Origin: Oopsacas minuta
Taxonomy: Eukaryota > Animalia > Porifera
Direction: 5' to 3'
DNA length: 64,000 nt
Assembly: GCA_024704765.1 (NCBI GenBank)
Contig: JAKMXF010000255.1
Location: 372,001 to 436,000, forward strand
How positions within the stretch are numbered: the first letter of the stretch is position 1; each line of letters begins with the position of its first letter. This document shows, piece after piece, positions 49,701-61,315 of this stretch. The notes beneath the pieces are model-generated. The model was not told where the DNA came from. It was given only the letters and a program-made list of their open reading frames with translations, and searched no databases. The position numbers were made by a program, and so were the translations under genes.

Positions 49701-52700
49701 TATATGTAAGATTTGGTTCCGCGAGGTTTCACACGATAAAACGTACATAAATTCCTATCGAATGAATGCTCATAAAGAAGGAAATCTATTCGATATATCA
49801 GTAGAGTTACCAATACTAGTACAACAAACAATTAACATATTAACTTTTCTTGTACAATAATAATCCCAAACAAATAGCAGCTACAGCTACAACACTAGAT
49901 GCTACTAGTACCGCTAGCTTACCCTTATTTCCTTCCTTCTCTTCTACAGGTATTTCTCTATTAGGTGTAGATCCTTGTATCATTCTTCTGTATACATCTC
50001 TCTGTCTACGATTACTCTGATAATTCAATAATCTAACTCTCTTTAGTTCTTGCTCCACTATGTTGTCATCTGGTGAGGATGCAAGAGCTTGTTCAAGACA
50101 ATGAATAGCATCTTCATACTCTTGCCTCTCTGTTAGTATAGTTGCCTTACGGTATAATGCCTTTGTATCTTGAGGTATAAGTCTCAACGCGTCATCACAT
50201 GACACAAGAGATTCATTAGCTAGCTCATGTTTGTACTGTGCTATAGCTAGATTCGTGAGTATCCTACAACCGATAGTCTTACCCTCTGGCGTAGTAATGT
50301 ACTGATGAGATTTCAATATTTTTATAGCATTGCTGTATGATGTAATAGCTAGAGCTAACTGGTTTAATTTGTATAGATTATTCCCCCTTGATTTCTTTCT
50401 CTCTACTAACTCCATTAACTTATCTTCTGTCAAGTTAGGGAAGTCATAGCGAGGATATATTTCCTTTAATTTCACCATATAGTATAGGTCTGTATTTGCC
50501 GGGATATTTCTACCATTACCGGTATCACCGTAACCAAAACGGCTAGTCACGAATATCCATGCTACTTCCCCCTTCATCATTAGGGGGATAGCTAGATCCA
50601 GGCCCTGTACAATCTCTGATTCGCCTAACTCAGCTTCAAAGTCTGTCTGTTCCTCCACCACAACTCCATCCATCTGTGAGAGATGTCCTGCGAAATCTAA
50701 CAATACTCTTTGTCCTCTAGTAGGCTGTGCACTTCCTCCTTTCTCAATAATCAGTTTCTTCAGAGATCCATTACCCAGTATATCTAGCCAGTCTTCTTCA
50801 GCTATCACCGGTTTAGATTTAGGCTCCAATTCTTCTAATATTTGACTCTCTAGGATAGTCTGTGGAGGATCTGCTCCATATCCTGGTACCATTACAAATG
50901 AATCTGAGGATACTATCATAGGAGTTGTATTCGATTTCGTCTCCTCCAGGACAGTGCTATCATCTAGTGGATGTTCTGCATTTTCTGACACATCAAGAGG
51001 AGGATCTAGGTTGACTACGGGTGTTGATACATTGGAATTTGCGAAATCAACATTTAATAAATCATCTCTAGGCATTGAAACCATGACTTCATCTTTAGTA
51101 GATTCTGTTACAGAAGTGTGAGGTTCAGAGGTTGGTATATCATCTGTTGGTCGACTAGTAGGAGTACCAGTAGGTTGTGTGGGTGTATGACTGTCTGTTA
51201 TAGGATTTATAGAGGCTTCTTGTAACTCATTTGGGTTAGCTATTGATTGGTCTGATGGCTGATTAGGAGGAAGAGTTACTGCTGGGTTAGTTGACTCAGG
51301 AATTGAGTCAATATTTGCAGTCATAACTATAATCAAATATAGCTTGCATAGAAGAAATGCGAATAAGTACATAGAAAATTTGAATATTTACGAATTATTA
51401 AAATCTGAAAAATACATTTCCTTAACTGAGAGTACACATTATACATTTTATAGGGAGTGTAAGGAGCTGTCTAAACAAGAGAAAGAATGTATCAAATCAA
51501 TAGAGAATATATTGAAGAGCACTGGAAATATGGAGATACATCTCAAGGAACTGAAAAAGCAAGTAAATGAGTTCAAACAGAAAAGTTCTGATGCAGAAAA
51601 TGAACTAGAAGCAGAATTATTAGCAATAGTAGGGGAGGAAAAGGAACTTAAAGGTGAAGTACGTAAGTGTAATTCTCAGTTACATCAAGCTAGAGATGAT
51701 CATGAAACTCTGCTACAAGATATAGATACACTAAGAGAGACCAGAGAGAGGTAAGAAGAACTAATAAAATTGGAGAAATACAGTGGATGCCGGTTATAGG
51801 AACCCCATTGGTAGTAGCAATACACGTTCTTATAACCTCGTCCACTGTATAATTAATTGTTAATCAGTTGATTTAAGATTGAAGAAAGAAACGAAAGACA
51901 ACAGTAACACAATCGCCAGAACACAAAAACAGATGGCAACCCTAGAACAACAAGTAAATGTAGCAGAAGAGGAAGCTAATAGCATGAGAGATATACATCA
52001 GGATATTTCACATAAGTTTAAACAGCTGGAGAATAGTGTATATCAAGAAGAGACTGAGAATAAGAAGATTCTGTCTAAACTTGAAAAGGGACTAAAGGAG
52101 GAGAATCATACTCTAACAGTTACACAGGTTAAAGTACAAGTTGAGCAGAAGAGCTTGGATAAACTCATAGAACAGGTATATTAAATATGAATACAAAACA
52201 GCATGACAGGCGCAAAGGACAATACAGATCACAGAGGAGTACGCTTATTAGCAAGTCGTATTTTGCCGAATTCCCTTGCTAATATGCACGCTAATTTGCA
52301 ATTAGAAAAATAATTTTCAATACAAAATGGGCTCTAGGTGTAAGTTCGTGAAAAACTTGCTATTAGGCGAATATTGCTAATAGGCGAACACCATTGTAAT
52401 TAAACGTACAGCTGATATCGGTATATCGACACCATCAGGGGAAGAATTCAGTTGTTTCTCTATAGTCTGTATAATGAATTCATTCTTAGTTTCATACAAA
52501 GAAAGAGACAATGACACGAGTACTCTCTGAGACAGAGAGTAACAGGGATGAACAGAAGAGACAGATAGAAGAATTACAATCTAGATATGATGATTTGAGT
52601 AACGGAATTAGTAATACTAAAAATCAGCTGACTGAGTTAAAGGTGAAGAGAGATAATCATATAAGAGACATCGCAAACAGTAAATCTAGTCTAATTCCAG

Positions 52701-53804
52701 AGAATAGCTCCCTAGCAACCAAGTTATCAGATGTTAAGCTAGCTATTCAGAAGTGTGAATCTGATAACAAGTCAAGCAGTAAGAAACTAGATGACGTCAC
52801 ATCTAGTAGTAAGATGATGGAAATAATGGTAGAACAGTTAGCTGTTGATATAGTAGAGATTAAAAGTAGACAGGAGAGTACTCTGAAAGTATTGAATGTG
52901 GAGAGAGAGGAAAAAGGAGCATTAGAGACAGAGAAGGAAGACTTAAAGTTATTCACGAGAAATATCAAAGAGAAACATGCAATTTTTGTAGAAGATAAAA
53001 TGGATGAGACTAGTAAAACAAATGATTTGTTAAGTGAAGTGATTAGAAATAATGCAAAACTGACAGGTAAGTTAATCGAATTGATCACTTAGCCTGAAAT
53101 TGTATAAATATGGTTCCAAACCGGCAAGTAACATACATTTTATCGGTTATATCGAGCTTCACATATATCGAAGTAATATTCGCGGTGCTTTGCACTGAGC
53201 TTTGATATTACGGGAGTTTACTGTACATGCTATAAATGAACTGTAAGCTATAAGATACGTAAATCTGGACAGCTAATATGTATTTATATATCATAGGTGA
53301 TTACCGTAGAGAACAGAGCTCTCACATGTCAGCTAACACTAAGCTACTACAGTGGACAGATGAGAAACTAAAACTAGTGTCTAGTCTGAAGGATCATAAA
53401 CAGCTGATGGGAATACAGACAAGAATGCATATAGCTGCTCAAGATTACTATAAGCAGAGAGGTACCCGATCTCATCAAATATTAGCAAGGTGTGATATAG
53501 AATTCGATAATTGCCAACGGGAAAGATTTGCAATTTTTGTGCCGATTTTTCCCAAATATGTATCTATTTTCATTTAATTAGTTTGGTGAGAGATGGAGAA
53601 GAAAATAAAGAAAGATCTACAGGAATGAAGAACCTATTGGATAATGTTTTGTCAGAGATAATAACATTCCTAGAATCATACAGTAAGATGAGTGCTGTTA
53701 GAGGGATTAAGAAGAGTAAAGTAACATTCTCAGATATCTTAGATTTTGATACAACCAACAGATCTACTCTACCACCTATTCATAACAACAAGAACGATCA
53801 ATAA
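43768..53804 (+). CDS. CCDC178: Coiled-coil domain-containing protein 178 homolog (7 exons identified; the large intron contains four genes)
   Basis: Exons 43768-44307, 44530-44810, 51454-51750, 51878-52175, 52490-53066, 53297-53489 and 53582-53804, with matching GT-AG phases (0,2,2,0,1,2). Signature peptides: VQREHETCLANILELQWH...DHMTEHSPL (human VQKEHEAYLSDVIELQWH...DYMNEHGPL) and SLKDHKQLMGIQTRMH (human SIRDKKQLCQLQRRMH). Confidence 0.85.
45690..46995 (-). CDS. PhyH-family Fe(II)/2-oxoglutarate dioxygenase (proline/ectoine hydroxylase-like); 2 exons; nested in the CCDC178 intron
   Basis: Exons 46444-46995 and 45690-46085 (CAA|GTAAGT...CTAG|GTA) give NGCLQ|VLEGSH. The iron triad is WHQD...LHAS with the 2OG-binding Arg in PRWSL; YHYHSKVMIKEP is also present. 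Confidence 0.9.
47258..47590 (-). CDS. RNF7: RING-box protein 2 (SAG/ROC2); intronless; nested in the CCDC178 intron
   Basis: [25 protein letters not shown]...MDACLRCQ...[17 protein letters not shown]...CPLC is nearly identical to the RBX2 RING-H2, rather than the RBX1 WAWDIVVDNCAIC type. Confidence 0.96.
   Translation of the reverse strand: [110 protein letters not shown]
48050..49537 (+). CDS. Uncharacterised 495-aa protein with internal helical repeats and an RG-rich basic tail; nested in the CCDC178 intron
   Basis: Long intact ORF starting 460 bp from RNF7, head-to-head. It has a repeated module (C...IDPLVLVHNLQDTGYI...VKY and C...IPADIIIQRLEEYGII...IEY) and ends RGKRRSSKRGMCGRGRGRGRRSKRAKY. 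Confidence 0.75.
   Translation: MMANTELELLETETRKRLISTISEPYGLLILKLCKQLESMEDCKPKTIDKLKNLLFENCYVTQFSAPFKLLTQCNDKTVQLKTGNKLIPKVFTYYECVKTGDEVWKISFHSIYEYLRHKINAFPLEIDESTYSKITSAVEDMIETMVANKTEPQTTKNKAKLRETLIRKCILTSSIDPLVLVHNLQDTGYIDISLAGEVKYNLDGIECGEFNLNTPNSYELYLLSIVSKLKIIQELPKTEQALVNVLKPFTHIIQAVQLSDIVGKYPQFKCLLKKIVKREFRLDRESWFENSSEIKKQSKGKVIRHGRGHGKLKKSINNQAINQTRFDVLLRSNEIIEKMSRKWNAPLSPNNEEEGIRRVSEWMEGRISYFGKGNTSSSLILIQQAMQCSLYRKLIPADIIIQRLEEYGIIRVQGQGNGIEYDFTELDNLSAAEMEINNILKADANCIAAFRMKLAIEGKHEKLGRSYRGKRRSSKRGMCGRGRGRGRRSKRAKY
49840..51324 (-). CDS. FKBP8: FKBP8/FKBP38 (FKBP-type PPIase domain + TPR + C-terminal TM anchor); intronless; nested in the CCDC178 intron
   Basis: EEDWLDILGNGSLKKLII...LGESEIVQGLDLAIPLMMKGEVA...RFGYG...NIPANTDLYY. 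It has three TPRs (KKSRGNNLY, LTNLAIAQYK, KALYRKA), a C-terminal tail anchor, and an acidic N-terminus with a LIR-like SFVMV. The likely start is MTAN at 51324. Confidence 0.92.
   Translation of the reverse strand: MTANIDSIPESTNPAVTLPPNQPSDQSIANPNELQEASINPITDSHTPTQPTGTPTSRPTDDIPTSEPHTSVTESTKDEVMVSMPRDDLLNVDFANSNVSTPVVNLDPPLDVSENAEHPLDDSTVLEETKSNTTPMIVSSDSFVMVPGYGADPPQTILESQILEELEPKSKPVIAEEDWLDILGNGSLKKLIIEKGGSAQPTRGQRVLLDFAGHLSQMDGVVVEEQTDFEAELGESEIVQGLDLAIPLMMKGEVAWIFVTSRFGYGDTGNGRNIPANTDLYYMVKLKEIYPRYDFPNLTEDKLMELVERKKSRGNNLYKLNQLALAITSYSNAIKILKSHQYITTPEGKTIGCRILTNLAIAQYKHELANESLVSCDDALRLIPQDTKALYRKATILTERQEYEDAIHCLEQALASSPDDNIVEQELKRVRLLNYQSNRRQRDVYRRMIQGSTPNREIPVEEKEGNKGKLAVLVASSVVAVAAICLGLLLYKKS
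51781..51847. mobile_element. Tc1/pogo-like mini-MITE (TA target site)
   Basis: TA-CAGTGGA...TCCACTG-TA. A related sequence lies in reverse orientation near 31125-31168. Confidence 0.7.
52232..52396. mobile_element. MITE, same family as 59073-59199
   Basis: Shares the internal ...TTTTCAATACAAAATGG... and the terminal TAATAGGCGAACACC(A/G)(T/C)TGTA with the 59073-59199 copy. Confidence 0.6.
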
Positions 53805-54358
53805 CAAATTAACAATACAAATACGTATAATAACATACTATCCTTCATCTAATCACTAATAACATACATGTATCTTATTGTATGCGAAGAAATCAATTAC
53901 CAATATATATGTATGCTCTAGGTATAGATATGCGTACAATGTGCTTGTGAATGGAATTCTGATATTTCATTCGATAGAATACATTTAAAGTTTTAAACTT
54001 CCTTCCAATTAACTTAAGAACCTTCAAGCGACACCTCCTACTCTGGCGAGAAAAATTTGTATAATATTGTGTAACTAAATGTCGTTACCCGCCAGTGATT
54101 AAGGTTTGTGAGATCACTATTCATGGTGACAAGAGTATAAAAGAGCATAAAAGTAGATAACAGAATGTATACTATGATGGATCCTCTTGACTCAATCAAA
54201 TTCGCACTTTTTGGTTTGACAGATGACAAATGAAATAAATAATACAAATACTACATACATAAAGATGTACTTTCGATATTTGATATAAAAAATAAAAATA
54301 ATAAAATTACGTAAAATTAATAAATAAGGAACTAAAGCACTTAACCTGACAAGAATAT

Positions 54359-56129
54359 TCAGATAGAAGTAATCTGCTCATCCTCAAATCCATCCAATGA
54401 GAAACTACAGAACATTCCATTCACATAAGCAATTAGCTTATCTTTCCATACAACTACAGCTTTCCCCCATCCTCCTACATAGCTCAATCTGTGTTGTACT
54501 GGAGAAGATCGTTTGTAGAAGTTCAAGTACTCTCTGTCTACTACTATGATTGAGTCTTTAGGGCCCACAGTGATGTGTCTGGGTGTTAGGTATTTACCAT
54601 TTTCCTGAGGAATACAGGTGCCAAATTTCGCGAGTAGTTCTCCTGATATGGAGTAGACGTGTAGGAACGGTGTACCTTGGTGTAATACTATGATGTCATC
54701 AGATTTGGTAACAGCTACCTCTGTAGGAGAAATGAGTTTTGAGGAAGTGAAAGGGTTGCTGTCTAGCTGTTTAGCAAAGTCACTCTCTAAATTGTATACC
54801 AATACCTGATCATTACCTAAACAATTAGTAGTATTAAAGTAAATGAGTATGTATATTTCCCGATCAAATGGTATACATATTTCCGAATAAACTCCTGTTA
54901 TATCGGAGCTCAAGGGCTCGCGATATTTAGTTCGATATAAGCGATGGAATCTATGTTTCATTAATGGTTTAGGACCATATTTGAAGAATTTCAGACTTAG
55001 AATTATTTGCGAGTATTACGATATATCCATGTTACATGTTGGACATAACGGGTATTGATTGTAGTAGAATATATGTAAATAATGAAGCCAAATAATTTCC
55101 ATAATCTAGCTCTAGTATATCGAGTAGGCAGGCCCTCCCGTATTTATTCCATACATAGAACCTAGCAGTATTTACCACTAGAATAATATTCTGCTCACCT
55201 GTGTTAGCAATAACAACAAGATTATTACTAGTAGTAGTCATGCCATGAGGCTTCTTTAATTCATGCCAAGACCCGTGTCCTAACACTCTAACTACCTCAT
55301 TCAAGAAATCACCTTGCTTAGTCAGTATTCTAATACAATCCTTATCAGGAACAGATACCAATACGTTATCTCTAGATACAGCAAGAGCATGTACCGAGTT
55401 ATACCATAAGGACCGGTCCACTTGAAAACACGTCCAAATACTTATTTCTGGGTCAATAACAAATACAATATTATCGTATCGCTTCAGCATAAACAGATGT
55501 TTACCAGCTGTTTTAATATCATAAGGTGCTATACGTATCCCCCAGCTGTTAGGATCTACTGTGTGTACAGGGGTACGAGCTTTATCCACAACAATATGAA
55601 AGGGTTGCTGTAGTTTGTATATAATATTAGAATCATGTACTAGACTTATATTAGGTGTATTAGAGAATTTCTTCAAAGCTCCGCGGATTCTGTCTTCACT
55701 TAGAAATGTTGGTTTTTGTAGTTTAGCAGCTAGTTTATCAATTCCATCATCTATATGAGTAGATTTACCTCTGTATGTGCCTAGTATTGATTGGGACGGG
55801 TCTAGAGAAGCGATGTGTTTTGTAAGAGTCTTTAATTCATTCAGTTCTGATTGTAGATCTGCTATATGTGAGTCTAATTCCTCTATATAAGGACTGTATG
55901 CATGTTTAACTCTTGTAATAGCGTTATTCTCAGCATCTAGAAGAATATTCAGTAGTCGATTGAATTCCTTTTCTACACGAGATACCATGTCTTGCTGTGC
56001 TTGTGTAACTTTAACTTTGCGAGCTTCTAACTCCCAAATACACTCCTGTATAGTCACTACTCTAGTTTCAGCTGTTATACTCACTTTAAATAGGCTATGT
56101 TTGTTGGCACGTAAATTTTGTGTAGCCAT
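54359..56129 (-). CDS. Coiled-coil + NHL-repeat beta-propeller protein (TRIM-NHL-like, no RING/B-box seen); 2 exons
   Basis: Exons 55199-56129 and 54359-54816, joined by a phase-1 intron (ACAG|GTGAG...TTTAG|GT) that rebuilds the NHL repeat KPHGMTTTSNNLVVIANTG|NDQVLVY. Further repeats are SPTEVAV and TPRHITVGPKDSIIVVD. Confidence 0.8.
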
Positions 56130-56442
56130 TATGTAGAGTAATAGATTCTAAGAGATGCTATCTTAAAAAGGGGAAATCGACATCATTTTATGCATTTGCA
56201 TGTTCGTAATGCAGTGAAATAGTTAGATATGGTTAAGGTCTCCAACCTTTTCACATATGAATCCTATACCAATTTTAACAAATTCTATCCTCTCGTAGAC
56301 TGCAATACAACGTGGATCACTAAGGGGTCCATGGACCCCAGGTTGGGAACCGCTGATTTAGGTGAAAGTTGTTGTTAATAATAGAATTAATAGAACTAAA
56401 ATGAAATCAGTCAAAATAATAGAAAAACATTTAATAAATAAT

Positions 56443-57738
56443 CTACTGTAGACACTCACCAATAGGAACTTGTAAATACTTTCTGCTATCAACAGATTTC
56501 CATCCTACATTTGTCTTTTGTCTACTGTTAAGTTTATAATTGATATTCTCCTGAATCTTAACAATATTATGTAACTCATTATTGAGCTCTGTAATTGATT
56601 GATAATCCATCTTTCTTACTGAAGATATCCATCTTGATAAACTGAGTATATTAATAGCTCTACTCTCCTTACAGAGAGTTGGGATTCGTTTGAGCAAGGT
56701 TCTTACAGCAGCGTGTGTAAATATACCTGGGTTAGAGAGAATAGTATGGAGTGCACAAGGAGCAAATTTAGATAGAGATCCAGGATTTGTAACTTTTCTA
56801 TTTTTACCACGATTCTTATGAAGGAATTTCCTTCTTCTCGGTAGTATGGTCAATTGCTTAAGAGCTAATCTCAACCAAACTCCATGATATAACAAACTCA
56901 ATTCATTTAATTGTAAGCTAGATACTCGTTGTACTATTTTACAAATCAAACTGACAATAAATATACCAGACGAATTAGTATTTAGAGTAGCGAGTAGTCG
57001 AATCCAGAAATTATAGAGTGTATAATTATCAGAGTGTAGTTTGGGTAGAGTACGAATATTAGGGTATGTATCGAATTTAATTTCAGATATATGAGATTCC
57101 AATAAACAAACAGACAATATATCTCTATTACCTATCTTACTAGCTAGCGACAGTAAGGAGTTAGTCATAAATCTAGGATTGATAGGAATATTGTTGGTGA
57201 TTGAATTATTAGCCATTTTCAGTAGCTCTGCGAATCTTGTTTGATAGTTCTGACTAGAAGAGTGTATATCTATTGAGTATACTACCTCCCAATAATATGA
57301 ATATATCCATTTCAAACAGAATTCTATTGCCTTTTCAAGTAGTGTCATACAAGGCATTACATGATGGGTAGCAGCATGACGTTGATCACATATCCATACA
57401 GGAATACCAATTGATAAGAGTGTATCTTTGATGGATTTGGGTACAGAACATTTTTGCTGGTATAGATCACTTATTCCATTTACAAATCTGATTAATGCCA
57501 TGGATGTGATATGTCTTATCATTTCGGGAATAATTTCTGGTTGTAATGTAGCTAATTTAGCTTGTAAAATATCACAGGTAACCTCTACACCTATTGGTAT
57601 CTTGTAACGAGCTTGCCAACATTGTACACTAGCTAATCCGTTTCTAATGTCTATAGGATCAGTACTGAACAGATCGTGACATACTTTATGCCAATCCTGC
57701 TTCGTCCGCCAGGCTGTACATCTGTAATGCTTTGACAT
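56443..57738 (-). CDS. LAS1L: Ribosome biogenesis HEPN endoribonuclease Las1-like; intronless
   Basis: AW...W...V...L; SMALIRFVNGISD; IGIPVWICDQRHAATH (the HEPN RxxxxH motif); LEKAIEFCLKWIYSYYW; and the C-terminal W...VPIG. Confidence 0.92.
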   Translation of the reverse strand: MSKHYRCTAWRTKQDWHKVCHDLFSTDPIDIRNGLASVQCWQARYKIPIGVEVTCDILQAKLATLQPEIIPEMIRHITSMALIRFVNGISDLYQQKCSVPKSIKDTLLSIGIPVWICDQRHAATHHVMPCMTLLEKAIEFCLKWIYSYYWEVVYSIDIHSSSQNYQTRFAELLKMANNSITNNIPINPRFMTNSLLSLASKIGNRDILSVCLLESHISEIKFDTYPNIRTLPKLHSDNYTLYNFWIRLLATLNTNSSGIFIVSLICKIVQRVSSLQLNELSLLYHGVWLRLALKQLTILPRRRKFLHKNRGKNRKVTNPGSLSKFAPCALHTILSNPGIFTHAAVRTLLKRIPTLCKESRAINILSLSRWISSVRKMDYQSITELNNELHNIVKIQENINYKLNSRQKTNVGWKSVDSRKYLQVPIGECLQ

Positions 57739-57983
57739 GAAAAGTGCTAATTTTGATAGAATAAATAATATCATTAGTTATCAGTTGATATCCTCAATAC
57801 ACGTGTACTCATTTAATATAACTATTATACACAAATATAAAGTTGGAATACAATTTAGAGATATTCTACACGATTAGTTCAGAGGACAGCAGTGAGCTAT
57901 AAAAAATTATAAAGAAATCGCTCGTCTGTCAATAATGACGATTCAATCAATGGGAATCCGCTGAAATAAATGACGAGGTTTCT

Positions 57984-58022
57984 GATAAAACGCATGATAA
58001 ACGCATGATAAACGCATGATAA
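57984..58022. repeat. 11-bp tandem repeat in the LAS1L / GULO-like divergent promoter region
   Basis: Three or four adjacent TGATAAACGCA units. Confidence 0.7.
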
Positions 58023-58236
58023 AATCTATCAAAAATTTGATAATAAAATCTTCACCACACATTTGGTGCTGCAAATGAATAAAGTATATATGCTGAAAAA
58101 TGGAGTCTTACCCGTGTTAGAAACTTCGATATTTGGGAACCAAATTTTCAGCGAATAAGAATTTGAAACAAGACAAAGTGAGTTTTTGAATAATCTACGT
58201 TTAAAGTAATTAATTAGAATTAATTTTCATTATAGA

Positions 58237-60453
58237 ATGGGAGCAGGGCACACGAAACAATATCATGACTCAGATGATGACGATAATGACAGTGCAGGAG
58301 GTAAGTAGTAACATAGAAAGAGAAAACAAATACAATAAAGTGGAGTATACAATAAGAATACAACATTTTATATATTTTAATGCATTTTCTTCTAGAAAAG
58401 GTCACATTAGATATGTCACTATTCACTGACAACATGCCAACCATTGACAAGTCAGAAATATTCGGCATTCTCCGAGACTACGGGATATCAATAACAACTC
58501 ACATATTCCATATAATTGTCCAGGACATGGAGAAAGCATGTATTGCATTAGCTAATAAGTTTGAAGACGTTACGCTGCCGATTATAGCAAAAGAAACTTC
58601 AGCATTTACAAACTGGTCAGAATCTCAGAGGTTTCCCTCCCTCATTTGCTATCCCAGAAATAAGCATGATTTAGTTAAAATATTGAAACATCCAGGATTT
58701 ATGGGAAATAAAATTGGATTATTGGGATCAACATATTCATCAGAAAATATGTTCGGACACAGTGAAACAATTCTGATTAATTTCCTGCATTTCAACGCTT
58801 TTGGTGAGGATGAAGAGAAACGTGCGATAATAGTTGATAAGAAAAATTGCATCGTAAGTATATCAGCTGGGTGTAGTATTCTGGAGAAGCACGGAGCGTT
58901 AGGAATTCTTAAAGACCCGATGCTGCTACCATCTTCTGTTATATTCACAGATGGACAATATACAGGGATTAGTGCTACTGGATCTCATGTGAGTTGTTAA
59001 CTAGCATAACTTAAGTATAGCCAATTAATCATAATGTCAAATACCAGTTAAAATGAATGAATCTGCCCAATACAGTGAATTCGTCTAATAGCGAGTGGTA
59101 TTTTGCACACGAATTTCGCTAGCTATCACGCTGACTTACTATTAGAGAAAGTATTTTCAATACAAAATGGAAAGACTTGTTAATAGGCGAACACCGCTGT
59201 ACTGATTATATTCTCTTCTACTTTAGGGATGTAGTTTCACAGAAGGAAGTGTATCTGATCGCATTCGGAAGATAACATTTCTAGATGCAGAAGGAAAAGA
59301 GAATGTTCTGGATATCGATAAAGATGAGAAGAAACTGAGAGCAGGAGCTATAGGGTTAGGATCTTATGGAATTATAACAGAGTTACAATTTAAGATGGAG
59401 CGTGAAACATTAGTTGTAACAGAGAGTCATTATTGGACTCTGTCTCAAATGAAGTATCATCTTCATAACCGTCCATCTGATTGGATTTCATTCGAGCATT
59501 ACTGGTGGCCATTTGGTAGTGTATCACTAAGTGATGCTTTCCAATGTCTAAAAACAGGAAGACTAACCAATTACGACTACGAACAAGACAAAGTATATTG
59601 CAGAATCGTGAGATACTACAGAGATCCATATGATAAAAAATATCCATATTTTGAGAAGTACAGCAAATCATATATTTACCCTGATGAACCTCATAATATA
59701 TTTCCAGAATTGAAAGGTAGAAAGGATTACACGTATTACTTCCAAGAAGTATTGGTTTGGTTAAGGAAGTATTTCTTCATGGAATATGAAGATAAAGTTG
59801 ATCCAAGACTCAAAATAATTCCAGAGAGGATAACTCCCTTAGGTCATGTCCTTATCCTAAAACTCTTAAAGCAACTACAGTTTTGGAGTGAATTTGGTAA
59901 ACCTAAAATCTCAACATATTTCAATGCTGTACATTATCTACCAATGGTATCTGCATTGCCAGCCAGATTAAACAATGTTGAATTGTGCTTCAAAGCTTCA
60001 TCAAAAACAGCAGACCCGAGTGTAGAGAGAGAAAGTTATGATAACTATTTCAGAGCATTGAATGAACTCGGAGTACGTATACAAGATGAAGCGTATTATG
60101 GTAGATTCCCAGTTAATTTGTGTGTAGAATCGAGGATATGTGGATCAAGCCCTTGTCCCTTAGCCCCGTGCTATTCCACACAATCAAAGAAGTTTTGCTT
60201 CCTTGATATTATCTCATCTATTCACACTCCATCATGGAAACACTTTGGCAATGAATTCTTCCAAGTAATTAAATCAATCGATCCTAACGTGAAACCTTCT
60301 CTGGGTAAACAATGGGTACATATTGATGGGATATACGATCATATACGTGAGGTTTGTAAGGAAGGATTAGCAGAACTGAAAGAGCTACAGCAGGAGTATG
60401 ATAAAGATGGTAGATTCATGACTCCAGCTATTACCAAACTATTTGAAGACTGA
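58237..60453 (+). CDS. FAD-linked aldonolactone oxidase (L-gulonolactone/D-arabinonolactone oxidase-like), paralog 1; 3 exons
   Basis: Exons 58237-58300 (MGAGHTKQ..., phase 1), 58396-58988 and 59227-60453. Motifs: FTNWSESQR, ISAGCSI, ISATGSH|G, GLGSYGIITEL, FPVNLCVESR, and a final YDKDGRFMTP. Confidence 0.85.
59073..59199. mobile_element. MITE with TA target site in intron 2 of the GULO-like gene
   Basis: TA-CAGTGAATTCGTCTA...TAGGCGAACACCGCTG-TA. Homologous to 52232-52396. Confidence 0.6.
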
Positions 60454-61315
60454 TTAACCTTACTCAAATGCTGCTTAATTTCATATTTATTTGCTCTTGG
60501 ATATATTCAATATTTGCTCAAAACTTATTGAATTCTAGAAATTGGTAGGAAGCATAAAACTAAAGTGCGTAGTATTAGATAACATTTATAGATCTGACAA
60601 TGTAGACATTACCAAAACACGTCTTGTTTCAGATTGGCTTTAGAAAATGGTCTATTCAGTATCAGGTAGAAAACTCATCCCTCTACATATTTGAAGATAT
60701 TTCCCAGTAATTATGTAATGAATAAGTACCACTCAGTAGAAATTACTATTAACACACAATTTGATAGTTGCAAAATTTGATCTGTTTGTCTATATAAATA
60801 TAACATAGTAATAGCTCTAAGTACAAATTTAGATCCATCTTCTACGTTTGAATATTATCAAGGAATATAATTGTCCCGATTAACCCATCATGATTATTTA
60901 CTATGTATATAAAAGTTAAGGTAGTAAATAAGATGCAAATTGCTTAACAAACCATTATTACAAGTTATTCCGAATTTATATCTCGATTTCATTAAAAACT
61001 TTTGATACCATAACTAGAATCGCTTAAAACTGATTGGGCTAAAAGTGACCAAAATTTCGCAGCAGGACACCTTATATTGGATTGAAATCCAAATTAGCAA
61101 TTTTTTATGGAAATATTTGGTTTATCTGGATAAAAGTCTAGAATATGAGCGATAATAATTCAAAATATTATGTAATCGGGATAAGAAATCCTGATTAACC
61201 GATTCGATCTCACAAATATCCGATGATATTTGTATGTAAAAAATCTGTTCCCCAACATTGTCCCGTTAAAGCGGCTTCCACTGTATTGATATTTTATATT
61301 CAATAGAAATCATAT

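Noticed and set aside
2363-59671. Numerous short antisense or alternate-frame ORFs overlapping real genes (e.g. 4182-4541, 28692-29201, 37371-37601, 49006-49368, 52747-53088)
   Set aside because: They are shadow ORFs of coding exons with no independent motifs.
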